Assembly (NCBI GenBank): GCA_965645245.1
Contig: OZ287088.1
Location: 682,001 to 746,000 of the forward strand
Source of the DNA: Massalongia carnosa
Lineage: Eukaryota
Length of the DNA: 64,000 nt
Direction: 5' to 3'
The position numbers and the translations under genes were made by a program. Of the stretch, positions 36,601 through 50,053 are shown piece after piece. Position 1 is the first letter of the stretch; each line of letters opens with the position of its first letter. The notes under the pieces are model-generated. The model saw only the letters and a list, made by a program, of their open reading frames with translations. It was not told where the DNA came from and ran no database searches.

Positions 36601-39062
36601 CAAGTTAGTATCGTCGAGGCCAACCTCCGTGTTCGTGGCTCATGTTCATCTAACTTCTGCAGCGTACGGGCGTAAAAGGGTGTCATCTCACTAGGAAACC
36701 CATTGATAACCTGATCGATATCACTTTGTGTGTGCCAGTTTCGTTTCAAAGCTTTCATAGCCAAAGAAACCCATAGGAAATTACCAGACGCTTTAGCCAA
36801 TACGTTTTCTACAGTCAGCTGATGATGTGGCGACCCTTCTGGTATGATGCTACCAACTTCCTCTATCACAAAGGCTCGAATATCCTGTCTCGTATCTGAC
36901 GGAGAAATTGTGTACTTGGAGTACTTTGTAAGGCTTTGCTCTACACGCATCTGGATGTCTCTTGTCGGTCTACTCACTAATAAAATTTTTATGACTAGGG
37001 AATGTGTTTTAATATTGGAAAGGCACCAGAATATCGTGGAAACTGACTCTGATTCATCCAGACCATCGATGATCCACCACAACGGGCTTGCTAGGGTCAT
37101 TTTGAACACCAAACCTTGAAAGATTTTCTCCCAGATTGTGGTTGCGCTCATGTTCTCAAACGAGATTCCGAATTCTTTTTCAAGTCGTAAGAGCCTATCA
37201 CCAAACATAGGAATATCTCGCGCAATCTGATATGCAAGGGAGCGCAAAAAATAAGAAACCGATTGCTTCGCTTTATTTTCGAAGGTGAAATTGTGATACT
37301 GACAAAAGTTCTCGCCGTTCATCTTCAGAATACTGTTGGTAATGCTCGCTGCAAGAACAGATTTTCCTGCAGCAGGAGCCCCAGAGATCCAAAGAAAATG
37401 TGGACCCGTCTCGTGAATTTGCTGCCATTGCGTGAACCATTTTCGATCGTCAATCCATGTGCAAGTACCATGCCTTGCAAGATTTCGAAAACGATCCAAC
37501 TCCTCGGCTACTTCGTTCTCGGCGATCAAAAGCACATCTCCGAGTTTCTTGACCTGATTGGCAGCTTCGGTGGAGATACTTTGGGATTCTTCAAGAGGTA
37601 GAAGATCAGATATATTTTACTTTCGATTTCAGGACTGACGATAATATTGCTTACCGTGCTCGAAGAGCGAGAATATTAAGCTCTTTAATGAGTTTTTGAC
37701 ATCTTGATAGCCGGAATCTTCGACGTTCTTGAACTTACAAACAGTGTGATGGCTAGCAGCCATGGGAACACTGATTTCGTTTGGCAGATTCAATACCCCA
37801 GAATCTTTATCAACAACCTGAAACCAAGTCAACTCTTGCTCACGGTTAGTACGAAGCTTCGATTAGACATACCAAGACTTTCCGCGGTCCTATGGAGGTT
37901 TTCATCGTTTCATAAAAAGAGTAGAGTTTGAGTCCACCACACATATTGCTAAACTCGTCGTTTATACTCTGAAGAAACGTAGAGTGAGACGAGAGTTCTT
38001 TGATATAACTCTTAGACATACTAGCTATCTGTAAAATGTACACCAAAGACTTTGCAAGACTACTGCCCCGGTGAGGAGTTGACAAGAAAATGATAGCCTT
38101 AACATGAGATATCATATCCCGGTATTTAGTGTCGTTGTTTCCCATGATATAAGCCTATAGTTGTGGTAGACTGTCAGCTCAGTCTCACATCCAAGATCCA
38201 CCACCAAGGCGATCCAGACCACACGCAAAACTACAATCTGCTGGCTGCTGCCTCTTTGAAAGCCAAACAAGACACACCTTTTTCGCAATCAACCCTCCCA
38301 TTGAGTGTGAGACGAAGATAAGGGGACGCTAAGATAGTCGATACAAGGTTAGCAAGGATGGTAACTAGCCGTACCTCAGAATTGATGCTGAGAATCAGAA
38401 TCATGACTGACGCTTCCAATAGCTGACCCCTGCAAAAATGCGTGTTTCATCTTGAACAGAAAACCTTTAGCAAAGTCATGGATGTTCATCGCGCTCGAGG
38501 GTCCTGAGATGCCGGCAGCGTAGCCAAATGTGTGCACACGAGCTCTTGCGAGTTGGGGGTCGGAGCATAGCCATGACGGCCAAAAGAAGTCGGGATTGTG
38601 TTCCCACGACCATGATCTTCTTGCTGACCCCCCAAGTCCGTGAATGAAGATAATATCGACGATCGGCTCCAAGGGAATCCATACCGCCACTAGGCCTAAT
38701 GGATCGGCCGATCCTTTTCGATGGAGTTCTGTGCTTAATTCGGACGACTGAGCAGAAGAATTTGTGATCAGGATTTTGGGACTCGAGTAAATTCTGTCTT
38801 GAAGTTTCTCGTTACCAGTAACTGCCGGAACGTCAGCCTTCTCCCAGTCTGTCTGACCCGCAGTGAGAGCATCTAAATCATCCACGGTCAATGGCTTGCT
38901 GCTTGCATCGCTGAGCGCTCGGTCTTTGACTTTTGCGCGTCTAATGCTAAACTTGTCAAACTAAGACGGACAGGTGGATCAGCACTATTATCCAAAATGC
39001 CAAGGTTATACTTTAGGCAGGATCGGAGTCGAAGGGCCGCCTACAAAACCCTTTCCATCCAT
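33669..39062 (-). CDS. NLR-like protein 1: SesB-like alpha/beta hydrolase - NACHT - WD40 (multi-exon)
   Basis: IIFIHGLGG, spliced exon RPLIFVSHSMGG, FLSTPHRGS, ASHHTVCKF; Walker A GAPAAGKS, Walker B IIDGLDE; WD40 repeats; long uninterrupted last exon 37535-33669; start exon inferred. Confidence 0.88.
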
Positions 39063-39514
39063 GATCCAAACCCGCTCGGGTTGAGAATATTAGAGTAGAG
39101 ATGCACAAGATGCTAGCTTGCTGGCGCTTTGATCTAATCCATTCAAGAAAAGGAATTGGCATCTACTCTGTAGCTAAGTGACAAATGCTACAATATCATA
39201 GCATCTGGGAGCTAGCTTCTGTTGTGCCAAGCAGGCTGCGTGCAGATCTATCCCTAACTAGACGCACATGGGTCATGGACAGGCTTCAGGCATCGATTGG
39301 ATCGCTTGTCGTCCATTTCTTATCGTTTTGACTTCGTACCCCCGCCACTGAGTTTATTAATATCGACAGCTATTCAGAGCAATGCCATTCTGGATTCAGA
39401 TGAGGCTTTGAACGTGCCATGTGGTCCAATATTTCCGAATGCCTCAGGGCTACAATACAGGCAGATAAAGCCATCATCACCGATTATGTTCATCCTCATT
39501 CCCTAAACAGCGGT

Positions 39515-40550
39515 ATGCCAACTGAAGATATTTCCTCCTCCCAAAGTTGGCGGCGAACATGCTGTAGATGAAGCTGTCCTTGAAGGTTCGCAGACATGAT
39601 TCTTCTCTTTGTCTACTCGCAGAATACAGCTAACCTTCTAATATTTCAGCCCCTTAAAAGGATTCCCGATTGCCGGCACTAGGTAGAAGGCGGCATACAA
39701 TTATGGCTCATCCCTATGGAGCAAGACCGCTAAGCTTGTCGCTCAGCTGCTATGTGACACCTATGAACGTTATTTCTTAAAGGGCTGTGTTCATGGTATT
39801 TCAACATATCGAACTCTGAAAATTAGTTAGCTAATAATAACCTAATAAAGATTGTTCCTAATGATTTTCTAGGTTAGCACATATGTAAAGGAGATTTTAA
39901 ATATTTAAAGACGATACTACGTGGTTGTACCGTCCTTCATCCCAAAAGTCTACAACTAGAGGCACTTGAGGCAGAGGCCAGACTACTTCTTGCTAGCTGA
40001 GTGGTTCGAGATCGAACGGCAGCCACCTGACCCACTGAAGCTTACCTTGCCGGTCGCAGAGTTGTACCGAAAGTCCGTATCCCCAACAGGAAAATTCGGC
40101 TTCCACGTCATTACTTGTCATGGCAATCTCCCTCAATACGCTGGATGGGAAGAATCTTGGACCGTCATGTTTACAAAGATCTTGTCGAGGGCAGTGGATC
40201 TGGATCTTGAGAAGCACGACCCGTGGCCAGAGTTCACTGCACTTCGGCAACTGCTGATCGATAGGGTGATCCCACAACTATTAGATCCCTTGACGAGCGA
40301 AGGAAGGAGGATAAAACCGTGCCTAGTGCACGGAGATCTCTGAGACGAAAACTACGCGGACGACATGAATAACGGAGAGCCCTTCGCTTTTAATGCTGGC
40401 TCATTGTATGCGCACAATAAGTATGAGATTGGCTATTGGAGACCGCCAAGACATCGATTGAGCAATAAAGCCTATATACGCTCATACAAAAAAATATCCC
40501 CGTGTCGGAACTTGGCAAGTTTCGTGTGGCTGGGGCTGAGAGCATAGACT
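39515..40550 (+). pseudogene. fructosamine-3-kinase-family pseudogene
   Basis: SPTGKFGFHVITCHG, IKPCLVHGDL*DEN, AFNAGSLYAHNKYE; multiple in-frame stops. Confidence 0.85.
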
Positions 40551-41111
40551 GGTTGCGAAGTAGAGGATGAGTGAGATGCCCGGAACCTTCTCTACTCGAT
40601 GCGCTATAATATCTCCTGCGCCGTTTTGATACCCGCCAGTGGACAGCGCCAAGTGTAGGAAACGTTGATCTCCTTGCCCGTAGTCTCATTTGCTGAATGT
40701 CACGGCTAGTGTTTTTGAGGACATGAAAATCCTCTGTCATAAGTTCTTCCCAGAATAACTAAAGGAGATTGAAAGACTCTATAGCAGTCACGTTGAAGCA
40801 GATGACAAAGACATGGAAGATGAGGAGACATTGGAGCTTGAGGATGACGAGTTGGAGAGCGAGGGATAACAACGTAGGAGTGAGAATAGTGAACAAACAC
40901 CAGTGATTAAATCAATAACATCTAAGCACTTTTTAAAATATAGATAAATCGTACATAGGCTGCGAATACTTATAAATTCCAAGTCTGGAGTGTCGAATGA
41001 TGGTCAATCATGAGAAACGAACGGGTTGACACCGCGAGTAGAGTCGAATACTATCAAAAACGGAGGAGTTTATCCGGAACTATCGCAAACCATTCAAATC
41101 ACCTCCATCAA

Positions 41112-42255
41112 ATGTCTAAGCAAACCGTCCATCCCCGCCATCCTCCATTCTCATCACTTCCGCTGGATCCAAACGGGCCAAACAGCAATGCGTGGGGCAT
41201 GTTCGGTCTTACGGACGAGCTCGGGATGCTCAACCTCCTTACTCCCGCTGTGGTAGCCTCTGCGGCAACGGAAATTGTGTCTGGCATTCGCATATCGTTG
41301 GATTGGCCACTCGATAAGCCTACGCATCCCTTATACAAGCGGAAGCCATTTGAGCAGCAATTTCTCAATCGAGGAGGAGGACGGGTGGTCAACGACGACA
41401 TATTGTGCTTCAACACGCAGGGCAGCAGCCAATGGGATGGCTTTCGTCATTATGGTCGATGCGCCTAGAACAGGAACATCCTTCGCTTGATAGCTGACAC
41501 GTCAAAAGGTTATTTGAAAGAGAGACGATACTTCAACGGCCACACCCAGGAAGAGTTGGAAACTTCGTCTGTTCTTGGCACTCAGAGTAAGCAACGCCAT
41601 CCCTTTTTAATTTGCAGCGAACCAAATTTCAATAGTATGGGCCAACAGCGGCGGGATCGTTGGTCGTGGGATCTTGGTAGATTATGCCGATTGGGCTTTG
41701 CGAAATTCCATCCAGCTCGAGCCCCTGACCTCGGTCGGTATCCCGTTTGAACACCTCCAGCGCGTAATCAGTGACCAGAGCATTACGTTCCGCTCTGGAT
41801 CCTGTTCATTCGCAGCGGGTTCGGCGCTGCTTACGACGCTCTCTCCGACGCGGACAGGAGATCTCTTTCGGCGCGTTTGTCGCCCGATTTCATCGGAGTG
41901 GAGGCATCCGAGGAAATCCTTCGATGGCTATGGGACAACCAGTTCGCCGCGGTGGCGGGAGATGCCCCCTCCTTTGAAAGATCGCCTCCGGCCGGGCCGC
42001 ATGCAAACATGGACGTCATGCTCCATCAGTGGCTCCTAGCCGGGTGGGGAATGCCGATTGGGGAGTTGTTTGATCTGGAAGTACTTTCCAAGCACTGCAA
42101 AGAAACACAGCGGAGAAGTTTTTTTCTAAGCAGTGTCCCGTTGAAGGTAAGGCTCACGTCTGGGGTTATGAAATAAAAGAAATCGTTGTCGTTCTCACAC
42201 AAACCAGGTCACCGGCGGCGTGGCTAGCCCACCCAACGCCATCGCTATCTTCTAG
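41112..42255 (+). CDS. putative cyclase / kynurenine-formamidase-like protein; apparent frameshift near 41797 (possibly a pseudogene)
   Basis: AWGMFG..DELG.LNLLTP, NTQGSSQWDGFRHY, GGIVGRG.L.DY, AAVAGD, LHQWLLAGWGMPIGELFDLE, VPGGVASPPNAIA-like end. Confidence 0.8.
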
Positions 42256-42659
42256 TTCAGCTTCCAATGTACTTGACAAAAAACAGATCATTTGAAAGTT
42301 GATTCTATCTAGAAAAACATTTGTGAAATCACAAAATAAAACTTCACGAGTCAAATTACTCATGTTGAAAATAAATCCTTCTTATCAAATCGCAGTAAAT
42401 TGAATCAGATAACGATAGTTTTGCACAAGATTTATCTTTTTCCTAATAACTTTTTTTGGGGGGTTTTTTGGTTTTTTTGATTTTATTTTCTTAACACACT
42501 AAGTTATACCTTGACCAAGTAACAAGATGTCGAATTTTGAAACCCCGAAACTGCGTTCCTCGCGTGCGACATGTCAGTCAACAAATTCATAACAAAACAT
42601 ACGCCGCGCAACGGGTCAGGTTTCTCTACTCAAAACTCAACCCGTTTGTGGCGGACCCT

Positions 42660-42731
42660 GGCCTGCTGGGTCAGAAACCTCTACGTGGTGCAGGCTATCA
42701 ACACCTCCTCGGAGGTGGCCAATATCTGATC
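42660..42731 (+). ncRNA. HDV/CPEB3-like self-cleaving ribozyme (predicted)
   Basis: P1 GGCCTGC/GCAGGCT with G1-U wobble; P2 GGTCAGA/TCTGATC; P3 ACC/GGT; L3 TCTACGT; P4 CACCTC/GAGGTG; J4/2 GCCAA. Confidence 0.8.
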
Positions 42732-43240
42732 ATCGCCAACGCGGAAGTCCACCTCGGTGGCCATTTGAACGATCAACGTCTCTACTGATCATTCGTCACC
42801 TCGGAGGCACACATACAAAGCCCATTCATTCGGAATGGCCACACCCCTCAGGCGGAAGCCTTTCACCACATCGAAAAAGCCCATTCATTTAGAATGGCCA
42901 CACTTACACACCTTCATTTATACGACACCACGATCTGCCCTCGATCACGGCCAGTCTTTCCTCCATTGAATCAAAACGTTTAAAGAGAGAGAACGTTCGT
43001 CGAACGTGTGGAAATACACTGTCTAGTTCATCGAGTCTATAGGATTCCTAGCGCTTGAAGATCTGGGTGTATGCACCGCGTGGTAGAACGGTCTCGTTGC
43101 GTTCAACATGGAACAAGGGAGTGGTTTTACCCTGGGGGCCAGGTTTCCACTTCCTGACTATTGTTTATGTACATAAATAGCAGTCACAGCGTCATATCCT
43201 TAGGATGCATACGCTTAATGAATTAATAAATAATAAATAA
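42660..43240 (+). mobile_element. SINE-like non-autonomous retroposon, copy 1
   Basis: Near-identical to 62410-62990 (about seven differences seen); same 5' start GGCCTGC; A/AAT-rich tail; no long ORF. Confidence 0.88.
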
Positions 43241-45055
43241 TGCTTTTTGATGTGCGGGTAGAGTTTTGAGAGAAAACCCCGGTGGCAAAAAAGCAATTTT
43301 CGGTCGAAAACCTAACCCGTTGCGCGGCGTAACAAAACATCGTGTCTCATGATTATCGCACATCACTTTGCGTGACTCGATCGAAAATGAAGTTATTGTT
43401 TGTGTTGAGGATAGCCGAGATGTCTGCTTATAGAAAATGGCACTAACCCCAATGCGCACTAGCTATTGGAAGTATTTGGATTGGCCACCTTGGGATTTAT
43501 CATCAACATCCCGCGTCTGATATTCTAGGAGACATTCGAACATTCTACAGTGGATTGATAATGAGGCAAATATGTCAGCTTTGGAACTCCGACAAAGACG
43601 AGCTTACATATCAGCATTTGACTGACCGATCACATAGAAAGTGGGGGAATCGTGCTCAAGGCAGGCAGCGGTATATAATGGGCTATATGCCCCCATAGAT
43701 AGCCTCAGTCATTTTCAATCAATCATTAGTAGCCTGCCATTGGATCAGCTTGATCATCGCACGTACTTTTTGCTGTTGTTTCCTACTTCCACCCCTATAA
43801 TCCGTAGCCTCCGCAACAGTTTGAACAATGATAATGTTTCTTGAACGAAACACGGTTCGATGAAGTGTACGAACATCCAAATTCTCATTGCTCAAACAAT
43901 CCAAACTGCTCAGCGAGCTCCGAGCTAGTTATGTACGAGCGCCATGGTACTTGCCTCAAGCTGACTCCGTGCTAAGCTACGAGCGTGCTGTACCTACTTG
44001 CTTCGAGCGCAATTTTGAGCCCCGAGCTAGCCCCCAGCTCGACCTGGGAGCTATGTACAGTACTTGCAATGGCTCACCTACAGGGCCGGTTCCCGATTTA
44101 CCGATGTCAAGTTCGCTTTATGTACAAAGCTTGTCTAATCTGGCTGGTTGTCTCAGTTGTTCGATGTTAATATTCTGCTTGATGTATACTCTCTCTATTT
44201 CAGAACAAGTCTTCTCGTCTTCTCGTCATTGACAACTTCTCTAAATCTCACAAGTAGTTCTTCTAACCCCTAAACGGGGTTTCGACTCCCCGATACCAAA
44301 TCGCGACGTCTTTCCCAATCATCCACACTTGATCCGGCCGATAAGCATCTGCTCTGTAACGCGTCTGCCTCTAGATACATCACTCTTCTAGCAGTGAACG
44401 TTGTATAACTAACTTGTATTCAGATCTTGCTATATACAATGCTTGCCTTCTCCAAGGCGAATATGCCCCGGAAATGAAACCATAGAAGCCGCAGCCTGTG
44501 CGGCACCGTTGAACGCCGCTCCTGGGGTAGCCTCGGAGCCATTGTTGATATCTGCCCTAATGGAGGAGTCGGCTGCAGCGAGCGCTATCTTGACAGCCGC
44601 GAAAGCGTTATACATGGGATCGATTTTGCAGTACTAGACATCTCTAGTATTGTTGAAGAATGCGATAGCGCCGGGTATACCTGACAGAATAATTCGTCAA
44701 CAGTTGAAATCTAGAAAACGAGGACATTAGTTATTGCGTGAGCGCCTCTATTGAGGTTGTTCACAACATTCAGGAAAGGCTGCATGTTTGGGATTGCGTA
44801 TCGATCAAGATGATGACAACGGGAAAGAGAGAAAGCGAGCGAAGATTGGGTGGAAATGATTGAGGGATAGAGATCAACTCGGAGCGTTTCTTGAGAGAGG
44901 GGTGTAAACGCATAGGTTGAAGAGGATAATATACGAGAAATATTGATGCGGGAGTTGATTGCAGCCTTGTCGAGATTCAATATTGTTCAACCGAATCTCA
45001 TCTTATTACCTAACTCACGTGCAAGGTAGTACAAACCCTCATAATTCTCGTGTTA

Positions 45056-46078
45056 TCATCTTCCGTCTAATTCTGGCTTTCTCAGCCCATACAATGAACC
45101 ATGATCGTAGACATTTTGACGCTGCTCAACTGCCGCTGTAGGTGCTTCGTGGATCATTCTATCATTTCCGGATCTTGCGACATGGCATCCGTATAATTCA
45201 GGCGTTGGATTTCTCCTAGGCACATCGGGTATTCTCGCCCCGTTTGTGTGATCTCGATGCCAGGCATTTTGGGGTTGTAACCGATGTTTACGCCGCCGTA
45301 ATACAAAGAACACAACAACCACGGCGACAAGAACCCCACCCCCAAGACCTCCGCCGACTGCAGCTCCCTTGCTGGCGCCGGAATTGGAAACCGTAGGTGT
45401 CGGCGTTGGTGTCAGGCTCGGCACAGAGCTGGAAACTGACCCTGTAAATATCGTGGACGGTTTGAAGAACGAGCTGGTGGCGGTTGAGCTGCTCGTGGAC
45501 TCGGTTCTCGTAGACACGCTCGTGCTCGTTAAGGTACTAGCAGTTGCGATCGAAACACCAACTGTCGCTGCGAGAACAACCCGATTACTCATGGCACAGC
45601 ACGCTTCCGATGCCAACCCCCCCTGGCAACACCAGCTACCATCTGCTGAGCACTGCGACATCGCCGCCGTGCTGTTGGAGAAACCTCCCTCCTATCTCTC
45701 ATCAGTTGGTACCTCCCGATTGCACTTTTACTCGATCCGATCCGAGCTTACAGAAGGGTTGGTACAAACGTCTCGTAAACAGAAAGGGCTCTTCCATGAT
45801 GCATCCGTGCACAACTCACGCCAATATTTTCCTCCCGACGAACCACCGCAGTGATAAGAGTCTGCGCACGGGTTGTGACAAAGCCCGTTGGCAAGACAGA
45901 CATCTGCAAATTGCGCGCGGTTTGTTGCGCAACACATAGAGATTGTTCCTAACGTAGAAACGCAAGGCTGAAAGTCAGGATCAAGGACAACGCTCCCGTC
46001 TGGATTGAAGCACGTCGCGATGGAGAAAGAATTGACACATAGTAACGTTATTGATATGTTAATGTAGTGCTTCCTCAT
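45056..46078 (-). CDS. Cys-rich, Ser/Thr-rich single-pass membrane protein (one intron, ~45688-45747)
   Basis: Signal peptide; TCFNPDG...CCATNR...CLANGLC...CTDASW...C; S/T stalk; TM GAAVGGGLGGGVLVAVVVVFFVL followed by RRRK. Confidence 0.8.
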
Positions 46079-46642
46079 CTTGACGCCCTGTGCGAACGAA
46101 GGAGAGATGAATTGTGCGAAGTTTCAAGTTATGTAACCTCAATTGTGGCGGAGCTTCGCATTGTGGGGGCAAAGACTTGCGAAGATGGGTTTAGACTACC
46201 TTTGCAAAATCGTATTTGCTAAAGTGGCAGCGATGAAACAGTGATTGTCAAAGTCGAGGAAACAACATAACTAGTAGGTGGATGTTTAGGATCAGATTTC
46301 CTTCTGACGGATTTCCTTCTCAATGAGTTAGCGGAGGTAGACAAGTCCATCATTCGCTGATGCGTCGATGATCTTGCAGACATGCTTTTAGGAACTTTCC
46401 AATGGATTGGCTTTTGAACGGATTAGTGACTGCTTGGCCAGAATGGGCCTAGTTAATGTAGTCTCAATCACTGAATGTCACAATGTTTACTTCAAGGTTT
46501 CTCACAGAAATACTCTGTACTCTGTAGAGTACTTTGTACTTTGTACTTTGTACTCTGTATCTGCATACACAAAAGCCGCGTGAATCTTCCGTTTTCGCAA
46601 AGTGCATTCGTGTGTGTTCGATTGACTCGAGAACCATAATGC

Positions 46643-48311
46643 GTGGACGCTTACCTACACATTAATCGTCGTAAGAACAAGCTCGCGACTTTTCTGCGCG
46701 CAAATGCGATCCAGATGCCTCATAGCCCTCGTCCTTTCTTTGAGAGTCAGGACCATGTCTTGACCTGGATGGAGAACATTCGCGAAGCAAGCGGCAGGGC
46801 TAATCTCAAGCGCAAGTACAATCATACACCTCAATTCAAGAGTACACCAAGCACCACGCCTCGGAAGAAGCTTGCCTTGACTCCTGCGAGCGGTAACATA
46901 ATGGCCCCACGGGACACAGAGCGGGCTCCGAACAAGAGGCAACGGGTGTCTGACCCAAAAACACCATCGAGGGATTTCTGCATCCTTCCGGGACAGGGTT
47001 CGGGCGAGCAGGATCAAGATGGAGAAACCCCAAGACCTAACGCAGGACCTACGTACCCAGATACACTCATACCATCAGGCTTTGTCGCCACGATTCTCAA
47101 TCGTCCCATAGCTGAAAGCGAGTCTTCACCTTCCCGGAGCTCAGTCTCCAACGCGTCTGGGACGCGCTCCGTCAGTCCTATCAAAAGAACTGCTGATCTG
47201 CGCATGGCCTTGAGGCCGACTTCCAGGGAGGCATTAAAAGGCAAAACGGCAAGAGACGCTGGGGGGGTTTTATGCGAATATCCCCGGCTCTACCGGGTAA
47301 GTCAAGGCATAGAAGTGATATCAAAATCGCTACAGGTACTTCAGAATTGGATTGCAATCATCGCTTGCTCGAAGCTAAATCAAATCTCAGGAGCTCATTG
47401 AAGCACATCTTGATCGAGACGACTGGCCTCCGCCATCTGCATATGAGCAACACCCGTCAAGTGCTTCCGCCGAAGAAGCAGAGTATGAGCAAGTGATTGG
47501 TAAAGCGGCCCTTAAAATACACAACAAGGCTGAGGAATGTGAGAAGGAAAGCTTCTCCGAGGCCGAATGGAACAGTCGTGTTCATGCCCCGCTATTGGAG
47601 CTCATCGAACAACATCCCAAGTACAAAGGCGCAATAAAGTATTTTAACATGTAAGTTGCAGCGGTCAGTATCATCAGAATTCTTTTCTAACTCGTTCCTA
47701 GCACGACAGCCCGTATCAAGCCAAAGCGATTGTTATCGATGATGCATGCGGGAGGCTTGAAAATGGAGGACAAGATGGTTGATTATGCGGTTTGCCTCCA
47801 GCCGGATGTCTCAATGAAGAAGTGTGTCCACGATATTTTGCTGGTGCAGGACAAGGACCTGCAGTCAATCAACCAAACAGCCTATCCGCCGCTATGTCTT
47901 CGTCCCATTGTACTCAGCGTCGAGACCAAACCACCTTTTACCGGAGGCGAAGACTCTGATGTCCAGCTTGCTGTTTGGGTCGCGGCAGGACTCAGACGTA
48001 CGCGGTTGCTTTTGCACGAGTCTGGGAATGGTACGGAGCCAATACCGACAATGCCAATTTTATCAATACATGGCCACGATATGCATCTTTCGGCGTTCAG
48101 AGAACAGGAGGCAAATAACGTAAGTATCGATTCCCACCGATGATCCCTAAGCTGATCCAGAGTATAGGTTGTGTATGGCAAACTCCGAATCGGTAGCACC
48201 GATTCCGTACTCGGCACTTTTCAACTGATCAAGGCGATGGATATTCTGATAGAATGGGCAATCACAAAGTATCGATCTTGGTACAACGAGAAGGTGTTAG
48301 GTAGTATATAG
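46643..48311 (+). CDS. fungal PD-(D/E)XK nuclease-like protein (multi-exon; start uncertain)
   Basis: Disordered N-terminus with SPIK; SEAEWNSRVHAPLL, KMVDYA, SINQT.Y.PL..RPI..SVETK, QLAVW motifs. Confidence 0.75.
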
Positions 48312-50053
48312 GGCCCAATCGTTTCGGAATAGAGAGGCAAATCTTTATCATCGAACTTCTTCGCCTTCCCTTCCAAGAATGGCCACGGTTGTAGACATAA
48401 GCCTAGATGCCACGGAAGACCTTAACTTACTGAATCAAACGACCCGGTATGTCCGCTCCTTATCAATACTAAATACAACCACTAAGATTACTTGTCGACC
48501 CAGAATTCATTCCGCCATCTGATGGTTCTTCTCAGCCGTTGCTCTTGTCCACTTCTTGCGTCCGCTCGCTCACTCACTCTCGAGCATCCATTTCCTATTA
48601 TCTAACTTCCATGTCGATCCTCAGCCGTTGCGTGCTCAACAACAGCTGCAGATAAAATGTCAAAGGAAAAGTTGTGCTCTCCTCGGGATTTACAACAAGG
48701 ATTGCGTGGTCTGACTAGAAGACAAATAGATAGATACTTATGCTCTTCTTCAATTCGCAACTCGTTTACGCTGTAAAAAAACACCAATAATATCATCTTG
48801 TGGTTAGATATGCATCTATTCCTTTTTGCATACTCCGTCCTCGATACACTAGCAATTAATTAGCGAACTGCTTTCTTCGGCTCCGAAGGATTGATTAACG
48901 TCTATTTTCATCGAATCTATGAAGTAACCTAATCTAACCATCACTCTAACTGCATTTTGGCTCAACACTTTAAATGACTAACCGCGTTCAGAGCTGTCAA
49001 AATACAGAGTTACCCTACGGAGTCTATAGTCTGTTACAGAATAACTTAGGACAAAGTTTATTTTCCAATATGCCATTCTCTCTCTTTACAGAGAGTAGTA
49101 GGTGATTCGTCGCTTCTTTTCGTTTCCGCTTGCCCTAAACTAGCCCGTTCAACGGGAGCTGGTGAAAACCCCGATCTGGACTAGTTTGCTTAGCTCGTCC
49201 ATTCATACGTCATCACGTGTGTTTCCGTAAGGAGTTTCAAGATCGATATCGAGATCTTCTGTTGGAAGCAGTAAGGATTTGTGTTCCTAGTTCGTCTACG
49301 CGCTACTTTGTTTTTGTTTTTTACGTTTATCTTTGTAGTGCAAGTTAGGGTTTTAAGTGATTTCAATTAGAGATAGGGATTTGGGTTTCTGGATAAGTGA
49401 TGATGAGGTTCGGAGCAATTAACCAAGTACGGAGTAGGTATTGTGGGAATGTGGGGGAATGTGTTGGAGACACGGACGGTTAATACCCAATGACGGATAT
49501 TTTATTTTACTTGGATTAGATTAGATTAGATTAGATATCTTCGTCGAGTTGTTTGTTGTGTTGTCGGGAGATACACAGCAAGTGTCCAAAACGGTTGGAG
49601 TAAAGTATAAAGTATCTAAAGTAGTCCGATCTCAAGTCTAACTATGTCCGACACACATCAACCCGAAATCAAAAGTGTAAAGTAACTGACTGACTACCTG
49701 TGATGGTCATAAGTTTCCGAAAATTGTGCGATAATCACGATACTCCTTATCAAGGTTCCTTTCCAATTTCTTTCAATCCAATTCAGTTCATATCCAATCA
49801 TCAAAGAGAGTCATCGTCAAGATCGCGGGTTTACATACCATCCGCCTTTGTCGATATTCTCATGACACAGCGAGTATTTGAGTCGAATCATTTGATACTT
49901 CTCGAGTAAGGTTCGTATGATTATCAACCCATACGTATTTACTATGGCTGTTAGCAGGCCGAGCTCAATCGGGCTGATGACGGAAGTGGCAAGAGAAAGC
50001 GACCTGATAAGTTCTTGAAGCTTAGATATAATAGAAACAAATTGGAAATCAAC

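Larger units (their letters stand above)
42600..43331 (-). mobile_element. hAT-type MITE (408-555 family, inverted) carrying the SINE-like insertion
   Basis: Same TIRs; perfect 8-bp TSD ACAAAACA; both halves align with the reverse complement of 408-555. Confidence 0.88.

Noticed and set aside
42660..43240. Solo LTR or tRNA-derived SINE
   Set aside because: No TG...CA ends; the second copy has a 13-bp TSD and an AAT tail; no cloverleaf or convincing A/B boxes
44430..44920. Small Ala-rich gene on the minus strand
   Set aside because: Fragmented by stops and no recognisable family
49515..49535. (ATTAG)n as a telomere-like repeat
   Set aside because: Only about four units and not TTAGGG; ordinary microsatellite
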